Notes: generated from the letters alone by a model not told the origin. A stretch of 64,000 nucleotides of DNA from Macrostomum lignano (GCA_002269645.1 NIVC01001671.1:186001-250000); one strand, 5' to 3'; counted from the stretch's first letter, positions 37,236-57,600 are shown. Numbers and translations: made by a program.

Positions 37236-37734
37236 TCAAAATTGGCAACAGGCCTTATAACTTGTACTCGTAGCCTATCGTTTAGCTTTGCACAGCAGAA
37301 TTTTTGTTACATTTCTTTTAAAAGTTCATGCATTGTCGCTTCGTGATACTGGCATAATATTATGTACATAGCTGATGTAGTTGTCTTCTTATTAGATTTT
37401 TTCAACACTTATTGACGACACCCATTGTCACCGAAAACATAGTGACATAGATTAACCGAAGCAATCTGAGATCCTAATGTAAAAATCCCAATGCACTTAT
37501 TTGTTATTGCTCTGCATAATTTGCTTGCTTCGTTTACTTTTAATAAAACTAATCTCATCTGGTAGAAGTCTTATAATGCTTAAAATTACCAGTATTAGAA
37601 TGGCACATCTACTATTTAAATTGACAGACTTGTGCGTTTGCAAAAATGTCATTATAATTTAAAGGATTTTGAACTTTCATAAACTTAAAAAATAATTTTT
37701 TTTTATTCTTATTTTATAAAGAAAATATACTATG

Positions 37735-38030
<296 letters not shown>

Positions 38031-38884
38031 AGAGAATTATCAAGCACAAAAGAGCTCAGTCAAATCACACTAAAGAGAAAAGGAATTCGAACCATACCCG
38101 GCGCTCAGAGGCTGGAGCCTGCGCAGGTCGCACCCCGCATTCACAGCTAAAATCAAGGCCCAATGATTTACAATTCCAGGCAGCACTGCATGGTTACTGC
38201 GTGCATTCGTCCAGCTGCCTTGTGAGTAACACTTGAGACGGAATCGCGAATCCGATGTTGAGCATACATGCGTAACCAATATAACAAACTAACCCTAATT
38301 TATAATTTCACTCCATCCCTCACTGACACAGCTGGGGGAGAATTATCCCCCCACTGCACGATCTCGGTGCCGGGCTCTGTCTGCACGCAATCGATCTAAC
38401 ATGAGGCCCGACCCACCACCTCTCCTAGCAACTTAACTCAACTTTCTCAAGCACACCAAGTCCGGCGCCACAGCACATCCTTTTGCTGGAATTGTTAGCC
38501 GCGCTTCGGTCAGAAGTTTTTCTTGCGTGCCTACTGAGAACTCCAGCCGGGCTTTAATTATTCCCTGTCCCCTTCTCGGCTGCGGAGAGGTTAAGATGAA
38601 GAGTTTGGTGGAATCTGAGTCCACATATGCAGTAGCCACATATGTATAGAGACGATATTCTCGCTTTGTAGATGCCACTCTTGTCTCTTCCAACTCCAAA
38701 CCGTCTCCCTCTTCATCACCCACTAGATCACTTTGCTCTAGGGAGGACCAGATTCGATTAGGAAAAACACGCACGGGGAGGCTGCAGGCCCGGCCCCAGA
38801 TCGATGCGGGGGAACCACTACTTGTGTGCTTTGCGCCAAGGACTACCAATACGAGCGCTAAAGTAGGCTGGATTGGAATCTAGC

Positions 38885-39075
38885 TCTGACCCCCAACGTG
38901 AGTCAACTCTGACACACAATGTGGGTCAACTCTGACGCATAATGTGGGTCAACTCTGACGCATAGTGTGGGTCAACTCTGACACCCAATGTGGGTCATCT
39001 CTTACTATCTAATTTAGGTCAACTCTGACACCCAATGTGGGTCATCTCTTACTATCTAATTTGGGTCAACTCGGA
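38885..39075. repeat. 23-bp minisatellite GGGTCAACTCTGACACCCAATGT
   Basis: Several degenerate copies. Confidence 0.8.
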
Positions 39076-39619
39076 CACAGAATTCGTTGCCAATGTCTTC
39101 CATTCCATTTGCTCCATTTTAGAAGTCCATGACTCCAGCAATCGTGAAAGCCCACTGCTTCAGAATCGAGGAACAACAGCCCTCCCTAAAGCCTCACCAA
39201 GTCTTTCGACATCGTTAATAATAAATATAAATCAATATCTAGATAGCTGCAGATGTCCTAGAGAGAATCCATTTTAGATAAACTGTCGGTATAACTATTA
39301 CAAGTACGCATGTAATTTCGTTGGTCCGTTAGTTGGCAGAGAATCATTGAAAAAAGTAATTTAGATCAGTATGGGTTATATTCCTGATAAATGAATATAT
39401 AATCTTACTTTCTTTCATAAATAAGCATAGCCAATGAAATTTTTAGCAGAAAGAAAACAAATTGAAGCTTCGAAAACATGTTGGGTGGTAAGTCGTCTTA
39501 ACTAAGTAGTATCGACCGATTTTTGTAGAAAACTTTTTTAATTAATAGCCTACATCTGCTTGCCAGTTGGCGTGTAATTCAATATTTAGAACTATTTGGC
39601 AATGACCAATGGCCTCTGA

Positions 39620-39905
39620 GCTCTACTCTCCCCCCTCTCTCTCTCCACTCTAACCCTCTCTCTACTCCCCCTTTCCCCCCTCTCTCTACTCTCCCCTCTC
39701 TCTCTCTATTCTCCCCCTCTCTCTCTATTCTCCCACCTCTCTCTACTCTCCCACCTCTCTCTACTCTCTCCTCTCTCTCTATTCTCCCCTTTTCTCTCTA
39801 CTCTCCCACCTCTCTCTACTCTCCCACCTCTCTCTACTCTCCCATCTCTCTCTATTCCCCCTTCTATCTCTACTCCCCCCTCTCTTTCCACTCTATCCTC
39901 TCTCT
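39620..39905. repeat. Polypyrimidine ~18-20-bp repeat CTCTCTCTACTCTCCCAC
   Basis: Direct inspection. Confidence 0.88.
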
Positions 39906-40295
39906 CAATGTTTGGATTTTGAATTCGAATGCCCCCATTGGGGCTTAATGCGCTAGTCAGGTACTAAAAATTCTCTCAACTGAAAGTGAGTACACACTCC
40001 TGTGCAATATATGCGCAAGTTTATTGTACAAACTAAGTGAAGGCACGCAAGAACACAATTGGGTGCACAAACAGATATGAGAGTTGAAATGCAGAGCGTC
40101 AGTACAAAAATTGCTGTGCAGCGGAGGACAAAAGACCCAACCAGCTACTCAATTTATTAAACGCAGAGGAAAGAAGTTGAAAAAAAATGGCTCGAGAAAA
40201 AAACTGTTCTTTTGACTATGTAAAATATTAAATTCAAAAGCCACTTATATACCGGTATACACTACAGATAGAACTCAGTGTACAATCAATAATTG

Positions 40296-45800
<5,505 letters not shown>

Positions 45801-46930
45801 TGCCGAAGATTTGTCTGAGACCATTTTTATAGATAAGAATGTACTTTCAATGGCCAAGTCCCTCTGAGGCCTACGGTGTGTCAAATGGCAATGTACACCC
45901 AGTATGAGCTCGTGTGCATGCGTGCGTATCAGTTTCCCTCCTCGCTGGCTTTTGCCATGATTTTTTTAATTACATGTAAATAAAAACGCTATTAATTAAC
46001 ACGTACGTTTGTTGACAACAATTTTTTAGTCATTTTTTAATAAACAGATGTGGGCCTGCGCAGCGCTCTCAAAGAGAAAGAGGACTAAAACTTTGCTAAA
46101 TCAAAGATAAGAAGGGGCTGGATAGATAATAAAATTTGAGAAAGCAGTCACGTGATGAAGTTTGTACATGGGGTAAATGTACACTCGGGGGGTGCAGCTG
46201 TGGAATGATGAGTCACTGAGTTTCACACGATCGTCAAGAGATAGAAATGAGGGGGCAGGGACAGAGAGACGGGCGGCCGCGAAACCCCCACCCCGCCGGC
46301 CAGCCAATCACGAGCCGCCGCAGGGCAGAGCGTGGGCCAGGCCAGCTCGAGGTGGAAGAGGGAGAGAGAGCTTGAGCCAACGACATCACATATTGCTCGT
46401 ATATTATATAGTAAGTGTCAAAAAGTTTGTAACACCAATTATACACTTACACAGTATACATGTATTTATTTAGTAGAATAACGGTTTAATTAAAACACAT
46501 GCAGAACATTGCAGAGTTTTCTAGCGGCGCAAATTAGTTTACTAATGCAATCAGTTAATCAAAAATCCAAATTCTAAGCAATTTTTAATTTTTACAAGAA
46601 TCGACAATAGTGCCTGAGTGTCTGATCATGGCTAATAGCTAAACTTAATGCAGATGAGCAGATATAGATAAAATTATTTTACACTACTATAATCAGCGAG
46701 GGGTTACATGTACGGAACTCAGTACCTGGATATAACTGAGGTCAAATCAGGGAGACCAGAGCCAATAAGTCATTAGATAAGTCGGAACTGAATGCTGAGT
46801 AATGAATTGAGGCAGATAAGAAAAATACAATCAATGCTAGTTTTCTTGAGCAGCATTCTAGACAGCTTAGTGAAAGAAACTTTCGAAGCACCGTTTTCTA
46901 AAATCTATTAGACATACAGAGAGGCGGGCG

Positions 46931-47108
46931 GCATATCAAAGAGCCGATGAATTCTGAATTAATAGGGCTGGGTGACGGGGAGGCGGCACATCAAAGAGCC
47001 GATGAATTCTCAATTAATAGGGCTGGGTGACGGGGAGGCGGCACATCAAAGAGCCGATATGAATTCTCATTTAATAGGGCTGGGTGACGGGGAGGCGGCA
47101 CATCAAAA
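46931..47108. repeat. Three copies of a ~55-bp unit (CATCAAAGAGCCGATGAATTCTCAATTAATAGGGCTGGGTGACGGGGAGGCGGCA) 3' of NDOR1
   Basis: Direct inspection. Confidence 0.88.
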
Positions 47109-47204
47109 GAGTCAAGTAAAAGCCATATTAAAAGTGGTCTATAACTGGAGAAGTCAGCGGTGGCGCTTATGATTTACGCAAATCAATCAAAGAATTAGAG
47201 CATC

Positions 47205-50200
47205 TCAAGACCAAGTCTCCATCTGGTACCGGCCAGTCCTTTGCCACTCTGCAAGCATCCCAGCTGCCTCAGCTTCATCAAAACCGCCGTGCACAGTCAG
47301 AGCAGCCTGCACAGCTGATAGAACCTCGCGCGGCATGGCGCCGGAGCTGCCGGCAACAATAACCGCGCCGCCGCCTAGCAACAGTAGCTTAGCAACGTCG
47401 GCACCCAGCTCGCGAATTCGATCTTGCACGTAGCATTTTGTCTGCTGGCCGCTGTCCGAAGTTGGCCGAGAAAACGCCGTAGCCAATTGGAACTTGTCCG
47501 GCCACAGACGAGACCACTCCAGCCAGTCGGACTGGAAGTAGAAATCTTTCTCCGGATGCCGGCAGCCGAAGAACACGAGAGTCTGGGCCGAGCCAGCAGC
47601 CGGTGCCTCATCGCCCTGCCCGTTGACGACCCCGTGTCGCTGCTGGACCAGACCTCGAAACGGCGCGATCCCCGTGCCGGGACCGACCAGAACCAGCGGC
47701 ACATCAACTGGCGGCACCCGAAGAGTGCCGCGCTGCAACCGGACAGTGACGACACTGCCAGGCCCAGCGCTGGCCAGATAGTTTGAGCACAGGCCCAGCC
47801 TCGGTTCGGACATGAGCTTGGATTTGTAGCGAACCACAGCAACAAGCAGGTCGAGACTTGAGCAGCCCGACTGGCCCAGACTGGCAATTGAGAAGCTTCG
47901 CGGTTGAATCGGTCTCAACAGGTCGAATAATCGACTCAATCGAATGCGAGAAGCCGACACGGGGAAGTCGCGCAGAGTTTCGGCTACAGTACGGCGAGGC
48001 CGGTTGCAATAGGCGGCCAGCTCGTCTACATCTCGTACAAACTCGCCTAGGCGTTCAATTTCCATGTCGAGTCGGCTCGAGTCTTCCTCAGTTGTAGTCG
48101 CGACCTCATCGCCGATGCCCATAGCGATTCGGCGAAGAGTTTCAAAGAAGCTACGGCGAGGCACGCAGCTGATGTCGAAATAGTTGGTTAGCAGCCAGCG
48201 CAGTGTCGGGCCAGCCGGCGGCAGGTCGGGCGGCGGCGGGAAGTTCGGATCGGACTGCGACACCCGCAGGCGAGTCTCCGGGTCCAGGTGCGACAAGGTG
48301 CTGAGCAGGCTGGAGACAGCGGATTGGCTGTTGCTGGGCAGGACTTGGAGAACGTCCCCGGGTTGGAACGGGGACCAGAGGGTGGGCGACGGCGATTCAG
48401 CGCTTGTCGGCGCCGGACTCAGCGTGATGAGTCTGGTGTCCTGCGGCGAGAGGGTTGAGATGGAGGGCGAAGGGTGAGGTAGACTGGTGGGAGGAGGGTG
48501 ACAGTTCAAGATGATGGGATAAGGGAAAGCTGAGGGCGGCAGAATGATAAATGGAATCTAAGAATGAGATAGATGGAATCTAAGAATGAGATAGATGGAA
48601 TCTAAGAATGAGATAGATGGAATCTAAGAACGAGATAAATGGAATCTAAGAATGAGATAGATGGAATCTAAGAATGAGATAGATGGAATCTAAGAATGAG
48701 ATAAATGGAATCTAAGAATGAGATAGATGGAATCTAAGAATGAGATAAATGGAATCTAAGAATGAGATAGATGGAATCTAAGAATGAGATAAATGGAATC
48801 TAAGAATGAGATAGATGGAATCTAAGAATGAGATAGATGGAATCTAAGAATGAGATAGATGGAATCTAAGAATGAGATAGATGGAATCTAAGAATGAGAT
48901 AGATGGAATCTAAGAATGAGATAGATGGAATCTAAGAATGAGATAAATGGAATCTAAGAATGAGATAGATGGAATCTAAGAATGAGATAGATGGAATCTA
49001 AGAATGAGATAGATGGAATCTAAGAATGAGATAAATGGAATCTAAGAATGAGATAGATGGAATCTAAGAATGAGATAAATGGAATCTAAGAATGAGATAA
49101 ATGGAATCTAAGAATGAGATAGATGGAATCTAAGAATGAGATAAATGGAATCTAAGAATGAGATAAATGGAATCTAAGAATGAGATAGATGGAATCTAAG
49201 AATGAGATAGATGGAATCTAAGAATGAGATAAATGGAATCTAAGGTTAAGATACGAGTAATGAAAGCTTTGAGGGTCAGATAGATGGAAGCCAAGATGAG
49301 ATAACCAAAAATTATTTAGCGGCGATATATTAGAATTTAAGGGTGAGATAGATGAAATCTAAGGGTGGGATAAGTAGGAGCGTAGGGGTGCGATAAATGA
49401 AATCTAAGAGTGAGAAAAATGGAATCTAAGGGTGAGATAAATCGAATACAAGGGTGGGATAGATGAAATCTAAGGGTGAGATAAATGGCAACTAAGGTGA
49501 AAATTGAATACAAGGGTGAGATGGATGGAATCTAAGGGTGAGATAAAAGTCAACTAAAGGCTGAGATAAATGGCAACTAAGGTGAGATAAATGGAATGCA
49601 AGGGTGAGATAGATTTAATCTTAGGATGAGATAAATGGCAACTAAGGTGAGATAAATTGAATGCAAGGGTGAGATAGATGTAATCTTAGGATGAGATAAA
49701 TGGCAACTAAGGTGAGATAAATGGGAATGGGAAAGTTGAAATCCTCACCTGAAAATGATCCTCCGCGGTAACCCGCTTATTAGCAACAATGCGAGCCAAT
49801 TGATAACCAGTTTCTGGCGGCGGCAATCTCGGACCATCTGCACCTACTACTACTACTACTACTTGATTAGCGGCAGTAGTATGAGTAGAATCTGTAGATT
49901 TCTCAGCTGCAATAGCCTCAACGCGATAGAGCGGCGGCAGAGGAGCGTCAAGACAGCTGCCAACGCAGGCGCAACGGACGCTAAAAGTGTCCGTCAGCAG
50001 AGCGGACACTGTCTCAGCGAATGGCAGGAAGGCCTGGTCGGGTCCCAGTTCGTCCTGATCGTTGGCCAGAGCCAGGGGGCAGGCGGAATTGGCGCCCAGC
50101 AGGCATAAACGGCGATGCAGTTTCTTGGCCACGAAATTGTACTGCAGGTAACTGGAGTCACCGAAACCAATTAGGCAGAAACGGAGTCGAGCCGTGGCTG

Positions 50201-51566
50201 AGTCACCGTTGCCATGGGGATTATTGGCTGTTGTGGAATTTTGAGAATGAGGATAAAGTTAAGGTTAACGCTTGGTTAGATTGCGAAAATAGCTGTAATG
50301 TAACTCACAGAGCTTGGAATACCGACTGCCTTTGGGATAAATCCGATAAGACACCGGGATTACCAGGTAGGAGAATCGAAAAGCACAGGTGAGACAACCG
50401 AAACAAGCACAGGTTAGATACCCGGGATAAGCGCAGGTAAGACACCCGGGGTTATCACAGGTACGACACCCGGGATAAGCACAGGTAAGACACCCGGGGT
50501 AATCACAGGTAAGACAGTTGGAATAATCACAGGTAAGACACCCGGGATAATCACAGGTACGACACCCGGGATAAGCACAGGTACGACACCCGGGATAAGC
50601 ACAGGTAAGACACCCGGGATAAGCACAGGTAAGACACCCGAGCTAATCACAGGTAAGCCACCGGGATAAGCACAGGTAAGACAACCGGAATAAAGCACAG
50701 GTAAGACACTCAGGAAAATCACAGGTGAGACACCCGGGATAATCACAGGTAAGATACTCCAGTTGAGCACAGGTAAGACACCAGGATAATCACAGGTAAG
50801 ACACTGGGATAATCAAAAGTAAGACACCCGGGATAATCACAGGTAAGACACCGGGATAAGCACAGGTAAGACACTCCAGTTGAGCACAGGTAAGACACCA
50901 GGATAATCACAGGTAAGACACTGGGATAATCACAAGTAAGACACCCGGGATAATCACAGGTAAGACACCGGGATAAGCACAGGTAAGACACCTGGGATAA
51001 AGCACAGGTAAGACACCCAGGAAATTCACAGGTGAGACACCCGGAATAATCACAGGTAAGACACTCCAGTTGAGCACAGGTAAGACACTGGGATAATCAC
51101 AAGTAAGAAACCTGGGATAATTACAGGTAAGACACCGGTATAAAGCATCGACAAGACACTCACCGCTCTGGCTGCTCCCGTTGCCATGGAGACAGCCTTG
51201 AGTCAGCCGCCTGCTCATAGCCAGGCGCCAGAACTTGCGCATATTGGCTGGTGGATCGCCCTGTCCCGTGGTTGAACAAGCCGCGATAAGCAGCTGCTGG
51301 CGAAGATCGTTGCTAGGCAAACAATCAGCCGCCGTTTCCAAGGCAACAATGCCGACTTCGTCTAACGAGCCGAAGCGACAGTTTAAACCGTGAGATCGGG
51401 CAAAATTGTACAGGGTCAGGGCGGCGTCTTGGGCCACACCGGTCTCGCTGCCGTAGGCTATGGTCAGTTGGGGAGGCTGACGCGCAGGTTCAGGATGATG
51501 AAGCTGACTGGAAGTACCGCCACCACCGGTTCCAGACTCTTCGCCGTTGTTACAGGGCGGAACCAT
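47205..51566 (-). CDS. NDOR1: NADPH-dependent diflavin oxidoreductase 1. Exons 51566-51164, 50197-49749, 48440-47205
   Basis: Flavodoxin motifs IAYGSETGVAQD, CSTTGQGDPPANMRKFW, GFGDSSYLQYNFVAKKLHRRL; NKRVTAEDHFQ|DTRLI; PRSFSIAS, GLCSNYL, VGPGTGIAPFR, FFGCR, YVQD; C-terminal ETWS*. Confidence 0.95.
48552..49720. repeat. 22-bp minisatellite ATGGAATCTAAGAATGAGATAG, homogeneous to ~49245 then degenerate (NDOR1 intron 2)
   Basis: Tandem copies. Confidence 0.94.
50385..51140. repeat. ~24-bp minisatellite CACAGGTAAGACACCCGGGATAAT (NDOR1 intron 1)
   Basis: Tandem copies. Confidence 0.93.
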
Positions 51567-51664
51567 GGTCGAATGAGGAGTGTCGGGTTGCTGGAATTGC
51601 GGATTAGGGTAGGGTGCCTCTTAGTGGGCATCTTGTCAGCAGGATTTGCCTCCTGTCAGACGGT

Positions 51665-54600
51665 ACTTGTCAGTAGCTATGGCTAACTTGTCAGTGGCTG
51701 TGGGTAACTTGTCAGTGGCTGTGGGTAACTTGTCAGTTGCTATGGCTAACTTGTCAGTCGTTATGGACAACTTGTCAGTGGCTATGGCTAACTTGTCAGT
51801 CGTTATGGATAACTTTTCAGTGGCTATGGGTAACTTGTCAGTGGCTATGGGTAACTTGTCAGTGGCTATGGGTAACTTGTCAGTGGCTGTGGGTAACTTG
51901 TCAGTTGCTATGGCTAACTTGTCAGTCGTTATGGACAACTTGTCAGTGGCTATAGCTAACTTGTCAGTCGTTATGGATAACTTTTCAGTGGCTATGGGTA
52001 ACTAGTCAGTGGCTGTGGGTAACTTGTCAGTGGCTATGGCTAACTTGTCAGTCGTTATGGATAACTTGTCAGTGGCTATGGGTAACTTGTCAGTGGCTGT
52101 GGGTAACTTGTCAGTGGCTATGGGTAACTTGTCAGTGGCTATGGGTAACTTGTCAGTCGTTATGGATAACTTGTCAGTCGTTATGGACAACTTGTCAGTG
52201 GCTATGGCTAACTTGTCAGTCGTTATGGATAACTTTTCAGTGGCTATGGGTAACTTGTCAGTGGCCATTGGTAACTTGTCAGCGGCTGTGGGTAACTTGT
52301 CAGTGGCTATGGCTAACTTGTCAGTCGTTATGGATAACTTGTCAGTGGCTATGGGTAACTTGTCAGTGGCTGTGGGTAACTTGTCAGTGGCTATGGGTAA
52401 CTTGTCAGTGGCTGTGGGTAACTTGTCAGTGGTTGTGGGTAACTTGTCAGTGGCTATGGGTAACTTGTCAGTGGCTATGGGTAACTTGTCAGTGGCTATG
52501 GGTAACTTGTCAGTCGTTATGGATAACTTGTCAGTGGCTATGGCTAACTTGTCAGTCGTTATGGATAACTTGTCAGTGGCTATGGGTAACTTGTCAGTGG
52601 CTATAGGTAACTTGTCAGTGGCCATGGGTAACTTGTCAGTGGCTGTGGGTAACTTGTCAGTGGCTATGGGTAACTTGTCAGTGGCTATGGGTAACTTGTC
52701 AGTGGCCATTGGTAACTTGTCAGTGGCTATGGGTAACTTGTCAGTGGCTGTGGGTAACTTGTCAGTGGTTGTGGGTAACTTGTCAGTGGCTGTGGGTAAC
52801 TTGTCAGTAGGCATGGCTAACTTGTCAGTGGCTATGGGTAACTTGTCAGTGGCCATTAGTAACTTGTCAGTGGCTATGGGTAACTTGTCAGTGGCTGTGG
52901 GTAACTTGTCAGTGGCTATGGGTAACTTGTCAGTGGCTATGGGTAACTTGTCAGTGGCTATGGGTTACTTGTCAGTGGCTATGGGTAACTTGTCAGTGGC
53001 TATGGGTAACTTGTCAGTGGGTATGGGTAACTTGTCAGTGGCCATGGGTAACTTGTCAGTGGCTGTGGGTAACTTGTCAGTGGCTATGGGTAACTTGTCA
53101 GTGGCTATGGGTAACTTGTCAGTGGGTATGGGTAACTTGTCAGTGGCCATGGGTAACTTGTCAGTGGCTGTGGGTAACTTGTCAGTGGCTATGGGTAACT
53201 TGTCAGTGGCTATGGGTAACTTGTCAGTGGCCATTGGTAACTTGTCAGTGGCTATGGGTAACTTGTCAGTGGCTGTGGGTAACTTGTCAGTGGTTGTGGG
53301 TAACTTGTCAGTGGCTGTGGGTAACTTGTCAGTGGGCATGGCTAACTTGTCAGTGGCTATGGGTAACTTGTCAGTGGCCATGGGTAACTTGTCAGTGGCT
53401 GTGGGTAACTTGTCAGTGGCTATGGGTAACTTGTCAGTGGCTATGGGTAACTTGTCAGTGGCCATTGGTAACTTGTCAGTGGCTATGGGTAACTTGTCAG
53501 TGGCTGTGGGTAACTTGTCAGTGGTTGTGGGTAACTTGTCAGTGGCTGTGGGTAACTTGTCAGTAGGCATGGCTAACTTGTCAGTGGCTATGGGTAACTT
53601 GTCAGTGGCTATGGGTAACTTGTCAGTGGCCATTAGTAACTTGTCAGTGGCTATGGGTAACTTGTCAGTGGCTGTGGGTAACTTGTCAGTGGCTATGGGT
53701 AACTTGTCAGTGGCTATGGGTAACTTGTCAGTGGCTATGGGTTACTTGTCAGTGGCTATGGGTAACTTGTCAGTGGCTATGGGTAACTTGTCAGTGGCTA
53801 TGGGTAACTTGTCAGTGGCCATGGGTAACTTGTCAGTGGCTGTGGGTAACTTGTCAGTGGCTATGGGTAACTTGTCAGTGGGTATGGGTAACTTGTCAGT
53901 GGCCATGGGTAACTTGTCAGTGGCTGTGGGTAACTTGTCAGTGGCTATGGGTAACTTGTCAGTGGCTATGGGTAACTTGTCAGTGGCCATTGGTAACTTG
54001 TCAGTGGCTATGGGTAACTTGTCAGTGGCTGTGGGTAACTTGTCAGTGGCTGTGGGTAACTTGTCAGTGGTTGTGGGTAACTTGTCAGTGGCTGTGGGTA
54101 ACTTGTCAGTAGGCATGGCTAACTTGTCAGTGGCTATGGGTAACTTGTCAGTGGCTATGGGTAACTTGTCAGTGGCCATTAGTAACTTGTCAGTGGCTAT
54201 GGGTAACTTGTCAGTGGCTGTGGGTAACTTGTCAGTGGCTGTGGGTAACTTGTCAGTGGCTGTGGGTAACTTGTCAGTAGGCATGGCTAACTTGTCAGTG
54301 GCTATGGGTAACTTGTCAGTGGTTGTGGGTAACTTGTCAGTGGCTGTGGGTAACTTGTCAGTAGGCATGGCTAACTTGTCAGTGGCTATGGGTAACTTGT
54401 CAGTGGTTGTGGGTAACTTGTCAGTGGTTGTGGGTAACTTGTCAGTGGCTATGGGTAACTTGTCAGTGGCTGTGGGTAACTTGTCAGTGGGCATGGGTAA
54501 CTTGTCAGTGGCTATGAGTAACTTGTCAGTGGCTATGGGTAACTTGTCAGTGGCTGTGGGTAACTTGTCAGTGGTTGTGGGTAACTTGTCAGTGGCTGTG

Positions 54601-57600
54601 GGTAACTTGTCAGTAGGCATGGCTAACTTGTCAGTGGCTATGGGTAACTTGTCAGTGGCTATGGGTAACTTGTCAGTGGCCATTAGTAACTTGTCAGTGG
54701 CTATGGGTAACTTGTCAGTGGCTGTGGGTAACTTGTCAGTGGCTATGGGTAACTTGTCAGTGGCTATGGGTAACTTGTCAGTGGCTATGGGTAACTTGTC
54801 AGTGGTATGGGTAACTTGTCAGTGGCCATGGGTAACTTGTCAGTGGCTGTGGGTAACTTGTCAGTGGCTATGGGTAACTTGTCAGTGGCTATGGGTAACT
54901 TGTCAGTGGGTATGGGTAACTTGTCAGTGGCCATGGGTAACTTGTCAGTGGCTGTGGGTAACTTGTCAGTGGCTATGGGTAACTTGTCAGTGGCTGTGGG
55001 TAACTTGTCAGTGGTTGTGGGTAACTTGTCAGTGGCTGTGGGTAACTTGTCAGTAGGCATGGCTAACTTGTCAGTGGCTATGGGTAACTTGTCAGTGGCC
55101 ATGGGTAACTTGTCAGTGGCTGTGGGTAACTTGTCAGTGGCTATGGGTAACTTGTCAGTGGCTATGGGTAACTTGTCAGTGGCTGTGGGTAACTTGTCAG
55201 TGGTTGTGGGTAACTTGTCAGTGGCTGTGGGTAACTTGTCAGTAGGCATGGCTAACTTGTCAGTGGCTATGGGTAACTTGTCAGTGGTTGTGGGTAACTT
55301 GTCAGTGGTTGTGGGTAACTTGTCAGTGGCTATGGGTAACTTGTCAGTGGCTGTGGGTAACTTGTCAGTGGGCATGGGTAACTTGTCAGTGGCTATGAGT
55401 AACTTGTCAGTGGCTATGGGTAACTTGTCAGTGGCTGTGGGTAACTTGTCAGTGGCTGTGGGTAACTTGTCAGTGGCTATGGGTAACTTGTCAGTGGCTA
55501 TGGGTAACTTGTCAGTGGCCATTGGTAACTTGTCAGTGGCTATGGGTAACTTGTCAGTGGCTGTGGGTAACTTGTCAGTGGCCATTGGTAACTTGTCAGT
55601 GGCTATGGGTAACTTGTCAGTGGCTGTGGGTAACTTGTCAGTGGTTGTGGGTAACTTGTCAGTGGCTGTGGGTAACTTGTCAGTGGGCATGGCTAACTTG
55701 TCAGTGGCTATGGGTAACTTGTCAGTGGCCATGGGTAACTTGTCAGTGGCTGTGGGTAACTTGTCAGTGGCTATGGGTAACTTGTCAGTGGCTATGGGTA
55801 ACTTGTCAGTGGCCATTGGTAACTTGTCAGTGGCTATGGGTAACTTGTCAGTGGCTGTGGGTAACTTGTCAGTGGTTGTGGGTAACTTGTCAGTGGCTGT
55901 GGGTAACTTGTCAGTGGGCATGGCTAACTTGTCAGTGGCTATGGGTAACTTGTCAGTGGCTATGGGTAACTTGTCAGTGGCCATGTAACTTGTCAGTGGC
56001 TATGGGTAACTTGTCAGTGGCTGTGGGTAACTTGTCAGTGGCTATGGGTAACTTGTCAGTGGCTATGGGTAACTTGTCAGTGGCTATGGGTAACTTGTCA
56101 GTGGCTATGGGTAACTTGTCAGTGGCTATGGGTAACTTGTCAGTGGGTATGGGTAACTTGTCAGTGGCCATGGGTAACTTGTCAGTGGCTGTGGGTAACT
56201 TGTCAGTGGCTATGGGTAACTTGTCAGTGGGTATGGGTAACTTGTCAGTGGCCATGGGTAACTTGTCAGTGGCTGTGGGTAACTTGTCAGTGGCTATGGG
56301 TAACTTGTCAGTGGCTATGGGTAACTTGTCAGTGGCCATTGGTAACTTGTCAGTGGCTATGGGTAACTTGTCAGTGGCTGTGGGTAACTTGTCAGTGGCT
56401 GTGGGTAACTTGTCAGTGGTTGTGGGTAACTTGTCAGTGGCTGTGGGTAACTTGTCAGTAGGCATGGCTAACTTGTCAGTGGCTATGGGTAACTTGTCAG
56501 TGGCTATGGGTAACTTGTCAGTGGCCATTAGTAACTTGTCAGTGGCTATGGGTAACTTGTCAGTGGCTGTGGGTAACTTGTCAGTGGCTGTGGGTAACTT
56601 GTCAGTGGCTGTGGGTAACTTGTCAGTGGCATGGTAACTTGTCAGTGGCTATGGGTAACTTGTCAGTGGTTGTGGGTAACTTGTCAGTGGCTGTGGGTAA
56701 CTTGTCAGTGGCATGGTAACTTGTCAGTGGCTATGGGTAACTTGTCAGTGGTTGTGGGTAACTTGTCAGTGGTTGTGGTAACTTGTCAGTGGCTATGGGT
56801 AACTTGTCAGTGGCTGTGGGTAACTTGTCAGTGGGCATGGGTAACTTGTCAGTGGCTATGAGTAACTTGTCAGTGGCTATGGGTAACTTGTCAGTGGCTG
56901 TGGGTAACTTGTCAGTGGCCATTGGTAACTTGTCAGTGGCTATGGGTAACTTGTCAGTGGCTGTGGGTAACTTGTCAGTGGCTGTGGGTAACTTGTCAGT
57001 GGTTGTGGTAACTTGTCAGTGGCTGTGGGTAACTTGTCAGTGGCATGGTAACTTGTCAGTGGCTATGGGTAACTTGTCAGTGGCTATGGGTAACTTGTCA
57101 GTGGCCATTGTAACTTGTCAGTGGCTATGGGTAACTTGTCAGTGGCTGTGGGTAACTTGTCAGTGGCTGTGGGTAACTTGTCAGTGGCTGTGGGTAACTT
57201 GTCAGTGGCATGGTAACTTGTCAGTGGCTATGGTAACTTGTCAGTGGTTGTGGTAACTTGTCAGTGGCTGTGGGTAACTTGTCAGTGGCATGGTAACTTG
57301 TCAGTGGCTATGGGTAACTTGTCAGTGGCTTGGGTAACTTGTCAGTGGTTGTGGGTAACTTGTCAGTGGCTATGGGTAACTTGTCAGTGGCTATGGGTAA
57401 CTTGTCAGTGGCTATGGTAACTTGTCAGTGGCTATGGGTAACTTGTCAGTGGCTGTGGGTAACTTGTCAGTGGCTATGGGTAACTTGTCAGTGGCTGTGG
57501 GTAACTTGTCAGTGGTTGTGGGTAACTTGTCAGTGGCTATGGGTAACTTGTCAGTGGCTATGGGTAACTTGTCAGTGGCTATGGGTAACTTGTCAGTGGC

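Noticed and set aside
52009-55056. 1015-aa ORF (GNLSVAM)n and the related (TDKLPIA)n / (WVTCQWL)n ORFs
   Set aside because: Translations of a 21-bp satellite that lacks stops in several frames; no unique domain, start context or splice signals.
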